This document shows, in pieces, positions 8,080 through 17,689 of a DNA stretch of 35,298 bases (the stretch's first letter is position 1; the number at the start of each line of letters is the position of its first letter). The stretch covers positions 92,373 through 127,670 of the forward strand of contig CBFIGY010000004.1 of the NCBI GenBank assembly GCA_965662235.1, given 5' to 3'. The DNA is from an uncultured bacterium. Lineage in GTDB: Bacteria; SAR324; NAC60-12. Made by a program: the position numbers and the translations under genes. A model generated the notes under the pieces. That model did no database searches. It had not been told where the DNA came from and saw only the letters and a list, made by a program, of their open reading frames with translations.

Positions 8080-9627
8080 ATGAACCGCTACCGCCTTCCG
8101 CTCATCGCGCTGCTTCTGATTGCCTCCAGCTTCCTCTCCCCCCCCTCGGCCCAATCGCTGAATCCGGAGGACATTGACGCGCTCCTGAAGCAGGTGGAGA
8201 CGGAAGAAATCGACGGGCGCCGCTACGCTCGAGTGGAGTTGGGACTGATCCTCCAGCTCGCTCAGGAGCGAGGCACCAACATCCAAAGTGCCCGCCGCGG
8301 GGTAGAAATTGCGCGCCGGGGGGTGGTTGCCGCAGAGGCCCGGAACGAAGCCCTCTGGATCAACGCCCTGCAGCAGGGCCAGAGTGTGAGCCTAGGGGCC
8401 ACCTCGAATTATCAAACGGGTTACACCACCCTGCGTTCCACGCTGCGCAAGGCGACCTCTTCCGGAGTTGTCTACAACCTCAGCTACACAGACACCACCA
8501 GCCAGACGGCTCTGATGACCCGCTCCGACTCAGGAGACATCACCAAGGGAGACTTCAGTGACCCGGCCAACTCGGTGCAGCTTTCGGTGTCTGCGGACAT
8601 TCCGCTGATTCAGGACTGGGGGGCTGAGGTCAATGACCTTCCGGTCCGTTTTGCAGAAGTTGGGGTCCGCCGGAGTGAGCTGGGGGTGCTGCAGACAGAG
8701 AATCTGACGCTGAAGCAGATTGCCTCGATCTACTGGGACCTGGTCGGGCTGGTGGAAACCAATGAGGTGCAGAAGCAGGCCGTGACGCTTTCAGAGCGGC
8801 TGCTTCGTGACAACAAGGCTCGCCTGAATGCTGGAATCCTCAAACCGATTGACGTTTCTCAAGCCGAGACGCAGTTGCTCCGCGACCAGCAGGCACTGCG
8901 TGCCACCGAAAACAGTCGCCTGGGCGTGGAAGATCAGGTTCGGGCTGCCCTGAACCTCCCAGAACTGCCGGTGGGACTGCTTCCGGAAGATCGCCCTGGC
9001 GTCCGCAAGCTGACGGCGTCTGCGAAGGAGCTTCTGGATCGGGCGTATGCGGAAGACGTCCAGCTGGCGCAGCTGGAGGCGGCTCAGCAGCAGACGGGGT
9101 ATGAGCTGCTGCAGGCGGAAAACCAGGATGCGACCAACCTAGACCTCAACCTGAGCTACGTTCTCAATGGCTACTCTGCTGACGGCAGTGCGACTTCGGA
9201 CCTGAGCAACACGGACCTTCACGGCTACAGTGCCTCCCTCACCTGGACTCTGCCACTGGGCGGAACGGCTGCCAAGGAAGGCCTTGCCCAGAAACGCCTG
9301 GCTGCTGAGCAGAATCAGCTGCAGGTGGAGCAGCGACGTTCTGAAATTCAGGTGACCCTGCAGGCAACTCTGCGGGCCCTGGACCTGAGCCGGATTGAAA
9401 TCAACACCACTCAGTCTCTGCTCAAGTTGACCCAAGATCAGCTTCAGAACGAACTGGAGCGCTTTCGCCTGGGCCAGAGCACCAGTTTTCAGGTGGCTCA
9501 GCTCCAACAGGACGTGGCCATGGCTCAGCAAAACGAGATCCTGGCCCGGATCCGCTATGAGAAAACCTACCTGGAACTGTTGACCCTGACAGGTAGCCTT
9601 CACTCTGAATATGAACTTTCCCGCTAA
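8080..9627 (+). CDS. TolC family outer membrane efflux protein
   Basis: Signal peptide MNRYRLPLIALLLI; two OEP-type repeats (YWDL...RLNAG..KPIDVSQA; ERFRLGQSTSFQVAQLQ). Start moved from 7999 to 8080. Confidence 0.88.
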   Translation: MNRYRLPLIALLLIASSFLSPPSAQSLNPEDIDALLKQVETEEIDGRRYARVELGLILQLAQERGTNIQSARRGVEIARRGVVAAEARNEALWINALQQGQSVSLGATSNYQTGYTTLRSTLRKATSSGVVYNLSYTDTTSQTALMTRSDSGDITKGDFSDPANSVQLSVSADIPLIQDWGAEVNDLPVRFAEVGVRRSELGVLQTENLTLKQIASIYWDLVGLVETNEVQKQAVTLSERLLRDNKARLNAGILKPIDVSQAETQLLRDQQALRATENSRLGVEDQVRAALNLPELPVGLLPEDRPGVRKLTASAKELLDRAYAEDVQLAQLEAAQQQTGYELLQAENQDATNLDLNLSYVLNGYSADGSATSDLSNTDLHGYSASLTWTLPLGGTAAKEGLAQKRLAAEQNQLQVEQRRSEIQVTLQATLRALDLSRIEINTTQSLLKLTQDQLQNELERFRLGQSTSFQVAQLQQDVAMAQQNEILARIRYEKTYLELLTLTGSLHSEYELSR

Positions 9628-9636
9628 GGAACTTCC

Positions 9637-10767
9637 ATGAAACCCTCTCTTGTTTCTGTTGTCCTCCTGAGCCTGCTGGCTCTGGTCACAGCATCCTGTC
9701 AGCGTGGCGGAGGGGCCCAGTCGGGACCACCGGCGCTGAAGAATGAAGCCAACGCGGCGAGTCAAACGGAGGCTTCGGCAGAAGAGCCTGCAGCTGCTTC
9801 TGCCGCCATGGCGCCTGCTTCCGGACGGTCCTCAGGGGTCAATGTCCGGGTGCAGGTGCTGGAACCAAGCAGCATTGCCGCCGAACTGACCTATGTGGGA
9901 AACGTGCTGCCTCAAGAACGCCTGACCCTGAAGTCAGAGGCGGAAGGCATTGTGGAAGAGCTCAAGTTTGACGAGGGCAACACCGTCAAACGCGGGCAGG
10001 TGATGGCTCACATCTCAACCAAGGAACAGCAGGTTCGCCTGGACATGGCGCGGGCGGATTACAAGCTGGCACAGGTCAACTTTGAGCGAGACGAACAGCT
10101 TTCTCTCAAGAGCCTCATTCCTCAGGCCCAGTACGACCAGAGCGAGGCCCGGCGAGACAGCGCCAAGCTGGCGGCTCAGCTGGCAGAGATCAACGTGAAA
10201 AAGTCGGTGGTCCAGGCCCCCATGCAGGGCGCCATCAAGACCCGGTTCATCAAGCTGGGAGAATTCGTCCGTAAGGGAGAACCGGTGGCGGAGATCCTAG
10301 ACATGCGGAAGATCAAGGTGGAGCTGAACATTCCGGAGCGCGACATCATTGGCCTGAAGGTGGGCCAGACCGTTCAGGTGGAGCCTTATGTGATGGAAGG
10401 AACCTTCTTGGAGGGAAACATCTCGAAGATTGGACTGGAAGCCGATGCCCGCAACCGGAGCTTCCCGGTGGAGGTGTCCGTGGACAACACCAACCAGAAC
10501 CTGCGCTCCGGCATGCTGGCCCGGGTGGTGATCAACCGAGGGGAGCAGACGAACCAAGTGGTGATTCCCCGAAACGCCATCATTGAGCGCGAAAAAGGAC
10601 GCATCGTCTTTCTGGAAGACTCAGGAACCGCTGTGGAGCGGATGATTGAAACAGGCATCACCGATCAGGACCGGGTTCAGGTGACCTCGGGCCTTGCCTT
10701 GGGAGATCGCTTGATTGTGGAAGGGCACACCAAGCTGACCAACCGGGAAGCGGTTGTGGTGCGATGA
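9637..10767 (+). CDS. RND efflux periplasmic adaptor (membrane fusion protein), probable lipoprotein
   Basis: Lipobox-like VTASC, lipoyl halves (EGIVEEL..EGNTVKRGQ; APMQG...GEFVRKGEP), LRSGMLA, VQVTSGLALGDRLI. Confidence 0.93.
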   Translation: MKPSLVSVVLLSLLALVTASCQRGGGAQSGPPALKNEANAASQTEASAEEPAAASAAMAPASGRSSGVNVRVQVLEPSSIAAELTYVGNVLPQERLTLKSEAEGIVEELKFDEGNTVKRGQVMAHISTKEQQVRLDMARADYKLAQVNFERDEQLSLKSLIPQAQYDQSEARRDSAKLAAQLAEINVKKSVVQAPMQGAIKTRFIKLGEFVRKGEPVAEILDMRKIKVELNIPERDIIGLKVGQTVQVEPYVMEGTFLEGNISKIGLEADARNRSFPVEVSVDNTNQNLRSGMLARVVINRGEQTNQVVIPRNAIIEREKGRIVFLEDSGTAVERMIETGITDQDRVQVTSGLALGDRLIVEGHTKLTNREAVVVR

Positions 10768-10838
10768 GGAAGAAAGTGAACGCTCCTGTCGCCCCTGTTG
10801 CTTGTCTGCTCCTAGAACCCTGAACCAGTCTCCAAACG

Positions 10839-13800
10839 ATGCATCCCAGTCATATTGCGATCCGTAACCCCGTCTTTGTGTTCCTGATGGTCATCATGAT
10901 CGTCGTGGCGGGGACGATCTCTTACCGCAACATTCCACGAGAAGCGGCTCCGGACATTCAGATTCCGCTGTTGATCGTCACCATCCCCTTTCCAGGCGCC
11001 TCCCCGGAAGACGTTGAGAGCCTCATCACCAACAAAGCTGAGCTCGAACTCCAAACCCTGAAGAACCTGAAGGAGATCAAGTCGACCTCTTCGGAAGGGG
11101 TGTCTGCGATCACTCTGGAATTTACTTCCGACTTTGACATCAGCGAAGCCCGAACCAAGGTCCGGGAGACAATGGACCAGATCAAACCGGACTTTCCGGA
11201 TGATGTGGAGGATTACATTGTGACCGAGATCAACCTCTCGGAGCAGCCGCTGCTGATTGTCAACCTCTCAGGCAACATGGGGTCGCTGCAGCTGACCAAC
11301 ATTGCCGACGACCTTAAGGACGAGATTGAGTCGATTCCCGGCATTTTAGAGGTTCGACGGGCCGGAGGTCTGGAACGGGAAATCCGGGTGTACGTCAACC
11401 CGGACAAACTCAGTTACTACCAGCTGGACCTCAACCAGGTCAATGCTGCCATCAGCAGTGAGAACATGAACCTCCCGGGCGGCACCGTGACCATGGGGCC
11501 CACCAAGTACCTGATCCGGGTTCCCGGCGAGTTTGACACGCCAGAAGGGATCAATGATGCCCTCATCTCTGCTCCGGGACAGGTTCCGGTGCGGGTGCGG
11601 GATGTTGCCAACGTGGTGTTCGGCTTCAAGGAGATCACCAGCAAGTCTCGTCTCGATGGCATGGAGTCGATCTCCTTGAGCGTCATCAAACGGAGCGGGG
11701 AGAACCTGCTGGCCATCCGGGACGAGGTGAAGCAGATCGTGGCTCAGCTGGAAGCCGACTACAACGGCGAGCTGAAGACGAGCATCCTGTCTGACCAGGG
11801 ACGGCAGGTGCAGCGGATTGTCCGGGATCTGGAAAACAACATTGTGACGGGGTTCATCTTGGTGTTCCTCGTGCTGCTGGTGGTGATGGGCGTCAGCAAT
11901 GCGCTCCTGGTGGCAGTGGCGATTCCGCTGTCGTTCCTAGTGAGCATTGTGGTCATGCAGCTCCTTGGCTTCACCTTGAACATCGTGGTCCTCTTCAGCC
12001 TCATCCTTGCGTTGGGGATGCTGGTGGACAACGCGATTGTGGTGGTGGAAAACATCTTCCGGCACCGGCAGGCTGGTCAGCGTCGGCGTGAGGCCGCCTT
12101 CAAGGGGGTCAAGGAAGTGGCAATTCCTGTGCTGACCTCGACCATGACCACGGTTGCCGCGTTCTTCCCGTTGATCTACATGCCGGGCATTGCCGGAGAG
12201 TTCATCAGCTTCATGCCGAAGACGGTCATCATTACCCTCTTCTCGTCGCTCTTTGTTGCCCTGTTCATCAATCCTGTTTTGGCCTCAACGATGATGCGGG
12301 CCAAGAAACGACCTCATGGCACCGGAGACTTGGATGCTGATGATCTGGAGCAGGTGAAGCATTCCCGGGTGCTAATGGGGTACCAAGCGATCCTCCACCG
12401 GGCGTTTCGGTTCCGGATCCTCATCCTCTTGGGCTTCTTGGGCATCTTCGTCGGCACATTCATGCTCTACGCCAACACCACGCTCAAGAGCCGCGGGGTG
12501 GAGTTCTTCCCGAAGACCGAGCCAGAAGAGGCGGTGGTCAACGTGACCGCTCCAATGGGAACCACGCTGGAGGTCTCTGACGAGTACGTTCAGCAGATTG
12601 AAGAGTTTGTGAAACCTCACAATGGAGCCCTGGATGCGACTGTGGCCAACGTGGGGCAACGCCGAGGCTTTGGCGCCAGTTCATCAGGAAGCACCACCAC
12701 CTACCTCAGCCACGTGGTGCTCTCCTTCCCGGGATGGGAGGACTGGACGGAGAAGCCCTCTGCCGTCATCCGAGACCTGCGGGACAAGCTGCAGAGCATG
12801 GTCGGCGTGGAGGTAAAGGTCTCTGAAGCGCAAAATGGTCCTCCAACCGGAAATCCGCTGAACATTGAGGTCCGTGGAGAAGAATACACCGCAATGATGA
12901 GCGCCGTGGAGGAGATCAAACGCCGCATCAAGGACACTCCCGGACTTGTGGACATGACAGATGACTTTGACCGGAGCCGTCCCGAGATCAAGGTGATGAT
13001 CGACCGGGAAAAAGCGGCTCGGCTCGGCCTGCGGGCTCAGAGCATTGCCACAACGGTCCGGACCGCTTTTAACGGAAAGAAGGTCTCGGTGTTCCGTGAT
13101 GGTCAAGACGAGTACGACATCATTGTCCAGCTGGACCAGACGTTCCGGAAGACCTCTGCAGACCTAGAGTCGCTGTTCATCAGCACTCCGGTAGGAGAGC
13201 TCGTGCGGCTCAGCGAGATTGCTCGGGTCGACACGGGGCCGTCCTATGGTTCCATCCGACACGTTGGCACCGACCGGGTGATCACCATTTCGGGAGATGC
13301 CTCTGGCATTCCGGGGCCGGTTCTGGTATCTCGTGCTCGAGAAAAACTCAAGGACCTCACCCTGCCCGCCGGGGTGACGTATTCCTTCACAGGTGAAAAC
13401 AAGGAGCAGCGGGAAACGCAGCAGTTCATCGGCAATGCCATGCTGATTGCGGTCTTCCTCATCTTCTTGACGCTGGTGGCGCAGTTCAACTCGCTCTCGC
13501 AGCCGTTGATCATCCTCAGCGCGGTCTTCATGTCCATCATGGGGGTCCTGATTGGCCTCATGGTGCACGATCGCCCCTTCGGCATCATCATGAGTGGCGT
13601 CGGCACGGTCTCGCTGGCGGGAATTGTGGTGAACAACGCGATCGTGATGCTGGACTTTGTGAAGGATCTCCGGAACCGCGGTTACAAGCGGAACGAAGCC
13701 ATGATCCTCGCGGCCACGGTCCGGTTCCGTCCGGTGATGCTCACAGCGATCACAACGGTGCTCGGGTTGATTCCGATGGCCGCAGGGCTGGACATCAGCT

Positions 13801-14018
13801 TCCAACGCGATCCGATGATTGTGCTCGGAGCCGCTGGCGCCGTGTTCTGGCAGTCGATGGCCTTTGCCATCATGTACGGGCTGGCAGTGGCCACGTTCCT
13901 GACGCTGGTCATTGTTCCGGTACTGTACTCTCTTGTGGAAGGTTTCAAAGAACGGTTTGTCGGTTGGGTCACCCGGCTGACGACCTCTAAATCCAAAGAC
14001 CTTGCTGAAGCGACCTAA
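10839..14018 (+). CDS. RND efflux transporter permease (AcrB/AcrD/AcrF family)
   Basis: 1059 aa; FPGASPEDVESLIT, GMLVDNAIVVVEN (TM4), RFRPVMLTAITT (TM11), two large periplasmic loops. Confidence 0.96.
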   Translation: MHPSHIAIRNPVFVFLMVIMIVVAGTISYRNIPREAAPDIQIPLLIVTIPFPGASPEDVESLITNKAELELQTLKNLKEIKSTSSEGVSAITLEFTSDFDISEARTKVRETMDQIKPDFPDDVEDYIVTEINLSEQPLLIVNLSGNMGSLQLTNIADDLKDEIESIPGILEVRRAGGLEREIRVYVNPDKLSYYQLDLNQVNAAISSENMNLPGGTVTMGPTKYLIRVPGEFDTPEGINDALISAPGQVPVRVRDVANVVFGFKEITSKSRLDGMESISLSVIKRSGENLLAIRDEVKQIVAQLEADYNGELKTSILSDQGRQVQRIVRDLENNIVTGFILVFLVLLVVMGVSNALLVAVAIPLSFLVSIVVMQLLGFTLNIVVLFSLILALGMLVDNAIVVVENIFRHRQAGQRRREAAFKGVKEVAIPVLTSTMTTVAAFFPLIYMPGIAGEFISFMPKTVIITLFSSLFVALFINPVLASTMMRAKKRPHGTGDLDADDLEQVKHSRVLMGYQAILHRAFRFRILILLGFLGIFVGTFMLYANTTLKSRGVEFFPKTEPEEAVVNVTAPMGTTLEVSDEYVQQIEEFVKPHNGALDATVANVGQRRGFGASSSGSTTTYLSHVVLSFPGWEDWTEKPSAVIRDLRDKLQSMVGVEVKVSEAQNGPPTGNPLNIEVRGEEYTAMMSAVEEIKRRIKDTPGLVDMTDDFDRSRPEIKVMIDREKAARLGLRAQSIATTVRTAFNGKKVSVFRDGQDEYDIIVQLDQTFRKTSADLESLFISTPVGELVRLSEIARVDTGPSYGSIRHVGTDRVITISGDASGIPGPVLVSRAREKLKDLTLPAGVTYSFTGENKEQRETQQFIGNAMLIAVFLIFLTLVAQFNSLSQPLIILSAVFMSIMGVLIGLMVHDRPFGIIMSGVGTVSLAGIVVNNAIVMLDFVKDLRNRGYKRNEAMILAATVRFRPVMLTAITTVLGLIPMAAGLDISFQRDPMIVLGAAGAVFWQSMAFAIMYGLAVATFLTLVIVPVLYSLVEGFKERFVGWVTRLTTSKSKDLAEAT

Positions 14019-14021
14019 CTC

Positions 14022-14990
14022 ATGAAAGTTGCAATTACGGGCTCATCGGGACTGTTGGGACGCGCCCTCTGCCGGCGTTTTGCCAATGAAGGCCATACGG
14101 TTTTCCGCATGGTGCGTTCGAACCGTGAGCTGGCTCCTGATACCATTTACTGGAATCCCGCCCACCAGGAAATTGAAGGAGGACAACTGGCTGGAATGGA
14201 CGCGGTCGTCCACCTAGCTGGAGAAACCGTGGATGGGCGTTGGTGTGCAGCAAAGAAACAGCGGATCCGGGACAGTCGCGTGGACGCGACTCGGTTCCTT
14301 GCGGAAACGTTGGTGAAGCTTCCGAAACCGCCTCAGGCGCTGATCAGTGCCTCGGCCATTGGCTTCTACGGGACCACTCGGAGTGAGGTGCTGACAGAGT
14401 CCAGCAGCCTCGGAGGAGGCTTCTTGGCAGAAGTCGTCCGTGACTGGGAAGCCGCCTTGGCCCCACTGGAAGGGAGTTCCATCCGGCAGGTGCAGTTTCG
14501 CATTGGCGTGGTGCTTGATCCGGAAGGAGGCGCCCTCTCCAAGCTGCTGCTGCCCTTCCGCTTGGGGGTCGGAGGACCCATTGGCGATGGCGCTCAGATG
14601 ATGAGCTGGGTGTCCAAACGGGACGCGGTGGAGGCCTTCTTTACGGCAGCGACGGACGAACGTTACCGTGGCCTTTACAACCTGGTGTCTCCGAATCCCG
14701 TCAGCAATCAGCAGTTTGCCAAGGTTCTCGCGAAATCCCTGAACCGTCCTGCGCTCTTTCCGGTGCCGGCGCCAGCGCTGAAGCTGGTGTTTGGACAGAT
14801 GGCAGAGGAAACAATCCTCTCCAGCCTGCAGGTGGACCCGCAGCGTCTGCGCGAAGAGGGCTTCCCCTTCCGGGATGCCGACCTGGGGATGGCGTTGCGG
14901 TCCATGCTCAACCTGAAGCCGGAAGCCGCTGAAGCCCCGGCCTTCAAGGACGCTTTTCAGAGCAAGTCCACCGGATCCACATCCACCTGA
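14022..14990 (+). CDS. TIGR01777 family NAD(P)-dependent epimerase/oxidoreductase (YfcH/SDR39U1-like)
   Basis: ITGSSGLLG, VVHLAGE, DSRVDAT, SASAIGFYG, GGPIGDGAQMMSWV, LNRPALFPVP. Confidence 0.93.
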   Translation: MKVAITGSSGLLGRALCRRFANEGHTVFRMVRSNRELAPDTIYWNPAHQEIEGGQLAGMDAVVHLAGETVDGRWCAAKKQRIRDSRVDATRFLAETLVKLPKPPQALISASAIGFYGTTRSEVLTESSSLGGGFLAEVVRDWEAALAPLEGSSIRQVQFRIGVVLDPEGGALSKLLLPFRLGVGGPIGDGAQMMSWVSKRDAVEAFFTAATDERYRGLYNLVSPNPVSNQQFAKVLAKSLNRPALFPVPAPALKLVFGQMAEETILSSLQVDPQRLREEGFPFRDADLGMALRSMLNLKPEAAEAPAFKDAFQSKSTGSTST

Positions 14991-17191
14991 ATCAACTCCT
15001 CCTTCAAGGGCTTGGGGGCTGCTGCATGCCGAAGGGCGTGCCGCAACAGGGCCCCCTGCTCCGCCTTCAACAGCACCTGCCACCGAAATCGATTCCTGAG
15101 CTTCTTGAGCGGCGCTTCCAGCGGTCCGAGCAGGGTGAGCTTTCCTTGAAACCGTTGAAATTGCTGGGCATACTCGTGAGCCAACTGCATCGCCCGTTCT
15201 TCCTGAGGGCTGGAACAGGTGATGAGGACCAAGGATTGAAACGGCGGCAGGCGCAGCTGCAGACGCTGGTTTAGCTCCTGCTCACGAAACCCGGTGGCGT
15301 CATGGCGCTGCGCAAACTGGAGGCTGTGGTGCCGGGGGTTGTAGGTCTGCACCAGCACCTCCCCGGCTTTCTCCGAGCGTCCCGCCCGTCCCGCGACCTG
15401 TGTCAGCAGCTGAAAGGTCCGTTCGCTGGAACGGAAGTCAGGCAGGTTCAATCCCAGATCGGCCAGCAACACCCCAACCAGAGTCATGTCCGGAAAGTCG
15501 TGCCCCTTGGTGACCAGTTGGGTGCCCACGAGGATGTCGACCTCTTTGGCCCGGACAGCTTCCTGCATCTTGGAAAGAGCGTGCTTGCCATGCAGGGAGT
15601 CTCGGTCCATCCGCAGCACCCGCGCTTCCGGAAAAATCTTCTGCAGCTCTCCCTCGACCTGCTCCGTTCCCACACCAACGACCTGCAGGCTGTCTCGGGT
15701 GAAGCAGGTGGGGCACTCAACGGGTAGGGCAATGGCGTGGTCGCACTGGTGGCAACGCATCTGCCGAGCCGCTTGGTGCAGCACCAAGCTGAGGCTGCAG
15801 TTGGGGCACGTAACGGACTCCTTGCACTCCTCACAGACCAAAAGAGGCGCGTAGCCACGTCGGTTGAGAAAGACGATGCTCTGTTCCTTGCGGAGCAACC
15901 GCTTCCGGAGTGCCTCCACCAGATCGGTGGTGAAGAAAGCACTGCCGGACTGACGTTTGGCGCCTCGAAGGTCCAGCAGGCGAACCGTTGGCAGAGTCGC
16001 GGTCTGCACCCGCGCCGTCATCGAAAGTCCTTGGTACTTTCCGGAAGCAACGTTGGCAGCGGATTCTAGGGAGGGCGTTGCGGAGCCCAGTAGCACCACC
16101 GCGTCGTTTTGCCATGCCCGGTAGACGGCAATGTCCCGTCCGTGGTAGCGAGGCGACTCGCCCTGCTTGTAGGAAGCGTCGTGCTCTTCATCGACAATCA
16201 CCAGTCCCAGCTGCTGCAACGGCGCAAAGATGGCGCTCCGGGCCCCCACCGCAATGGTCGCCTGCCCCTCGTGCAGACGGGACCACTCATCAAAGCGTTC
16301 CCCATCGTCCATGCCGCTGTGCAGCACGGCAACAGCGTCGCCGAACCGTGACTGAAACCGGTGCACCAGCTGAGGCGTCAGGGCAATCTCCGGAACTAGA
16401 ACCAGGCTGGTCTTGCCCTGCTGCTGAGCCGCCTGCACCGCATGTAGGTAAACCTCGGTCTTTCCAGACCCGGTGACGCCTTCCAGCAAAAAGGCCGCGT
16501 AGCGGTGCTTCTGCAGGGCCTGATGGACCGCGGTAAACGCGACCTGCTGTTCGGCGTTGAGCGTCAGAAAAGGTTCTGGCTCCGGGAGGCTTTGGGCCAG
16601 AAAACGCCGGAACACCCGCCGCTCCTCCAGCCGCAGCACTCCCAGTTCCGTCAGCTGGCGGAGCGCGTCGGCGGGGGCGTTGATGCGGCTCTGGATGTCC
16701 CGCCACGCCATCTCCGGGTGCTGCTCCAGCAGCTCCAGCAGCCGATCCCGTTTGGTTTTGCGGCGGCCTCGTTGCCGTGGGACCGGAGGCGGGTCTGGAT
16801 TCAGGCAGACCCAGCGCTCGTACTTGGGCTTGGCCCCTCGCTTGTGGAGCGATTCGGCCGTGGAGCCTAGGCCTCCGGGAATCGCTGCGCTGAGCACCTC
16901 TCCCCAGCCACAGAAGTAGTACTCCGATACCCAGCGGGTGAAGCGCAACAGCTCCTCCGAAAACGCAGGTTCCGGCTCCAGCACCTGCAGGACCTTCCGG
17001 AGCTTGGGATGCTCGGAGTGCGTCTTCACCCGCGTGACCACGCCTCCCAACTGCCGAGGACCAAACGGCACCAGCACCCGGACCCCTTGGTTGGGCTCCG
17101 GAAAAGAGTCCGGCCATTCGTAATCAAACTGCTGAGGCAAAGGAAGGTTAACCGCGATTTCGACAATCAAGGCGTTATTTTTGCAGGACAC
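14957..17191 (-). CDS. priA: Primosomal protein N' (replication restart helicase)
   Basis: VLVPFG 3'-binding domain, GVTGSGKTEVY, DEEHD, LGSATPSLES, FLNRRGY, 8-Cys zinc module, QVAGRAGR, C-terminal VDVDP. Confidence 0.97.
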   Translation of the reverse strand: MSCKNNALIVEIAVNLPLPQQFDYEWPDSFPEPNQGVRVLVPFGPRQLGGVVTRVKTHSEHPKLRKVLQVLEPEPAFSEELLRFTRWVSEYYFCGWGEVLSAAIPGGLGSTAESLHKRGAKPKYERWVCLNPDPPPVPRQRGRRKTKRDRLLELLEQHPEMAWRDIQSRINAPADALRQLTELGVLRLEERRVFRRFLAQSLPEPEPFLTLNAEQQVAFTAVHQALQKHRYAAFLLEGVTGSGKTEVYLHAVQAAQQQGKTSLVLVPEIALTPQLVHRFQSRFGDAVAVLHSGMDDGERFDEWSRLHEGQATIAVGARSAIFAPLQQLGLVIVDEEHDASYKQGESPRYHGRDIAVYRAWQNDAVVLLGSATPSLESAANVASGKYQGLSMTARVQTATLPTVRLLDLRGAKRQSGSAFFTTDLVEALRKRLLRKEQSIVFLNRRGYAPLLVCEECKESVTCPNCSLSLVLHQAARQMRCHQCDHAIALPVECPTCFTRDSLQVVGVGTEQVEGELQKIFPEARVLRMDRDSLHGKHALSKMQEAVRAKEVDILVGTQLVTKGHDFPDMTLVGVLLADLGLNLPDFRSSERTFQLLTQVAGRAGRSEKAGEVLVQTYNPRHHSLQFAQRHDATGFREQELNQRLQLRLPPFQSLVLITCSSPQEERAMQLAHEYAQQFQRFQGKLTLLGPLEAPLKKLRNRFRWQVLLKAEQGALLRHALRHAAAPKPLKEELIQVDVDPVDLL

Positions 17192-17272
17192 GTTTTGTGA
17201 AAAGACGGAAGGAATGGTCCTTCCGGAAGCATGTGGAAGATTTCAGCAGGAGTCTTCAGGACAGGAGAAAAA

Positions 17273-17689
17273 ATGCGTTGGACTGTTTGGATGTTTGGAG
17301 CATCGGCCTTTTTGATTGCCGGAGCATCCACCATGGCATGGAAGCCTGAAACTCAAGCCACTTTGGAACCCCTGGATCCCCCCGCTCTGGTGACCCCGAC
17401 TCCGGCCCAGCCGGCCCGCTCGTTTCGGGTGGAGGTCGTGGACGGAGAGGGAAAGCCGGTTCCGGCCTTAATCACGGACTGGACCGGGACCGAAATTTGG
17501 GAGGTCTCGAAAGAGGGCCTCGCGTTTGTGCAACTGGAGCAGGTCGCTCAGCCGCTACGGATTGCTGCCCCCGGATTCATCACCGAGACCTTCATTCCCC
17601 CTTTGACCACCGACGAAACCCTGCCTTCGGTGCTGCAGATTCGACTGCGGCGCAACCCGCTGCTGATCGGCGACGGCTCTCAGGGCTGA
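17273..17689 (+). CDS. Exported hypothetical protein with carboxypeptidase-regulatory-like beta-sandwich
   Basis: AGGAGA SD before ATG 17273; signal-like N-terminus; VEVVDGEGKPVP...LRIAAPGFIT pattern. Confidence 0.55.
   Translation: MRWTVWMFGASAFLIAGASTMAWKPETQATLEPLDPPALVTPTPAQPARSFRVEVVDGEGKPVPALITDWTGTEIWEVSKEGLAFVQLEQVAQPLRIAAPGFITETFIPPLTTDETLPSVLQIRLRRNPLLIGDGSQG

Noticed and set aside
8138..8145. C8 homopolymer in the tolC signal-peptide region as a phase-variation tract
   Set aside because: Short, in frame, and unremarkable at this GC content; no evidence of length variation.
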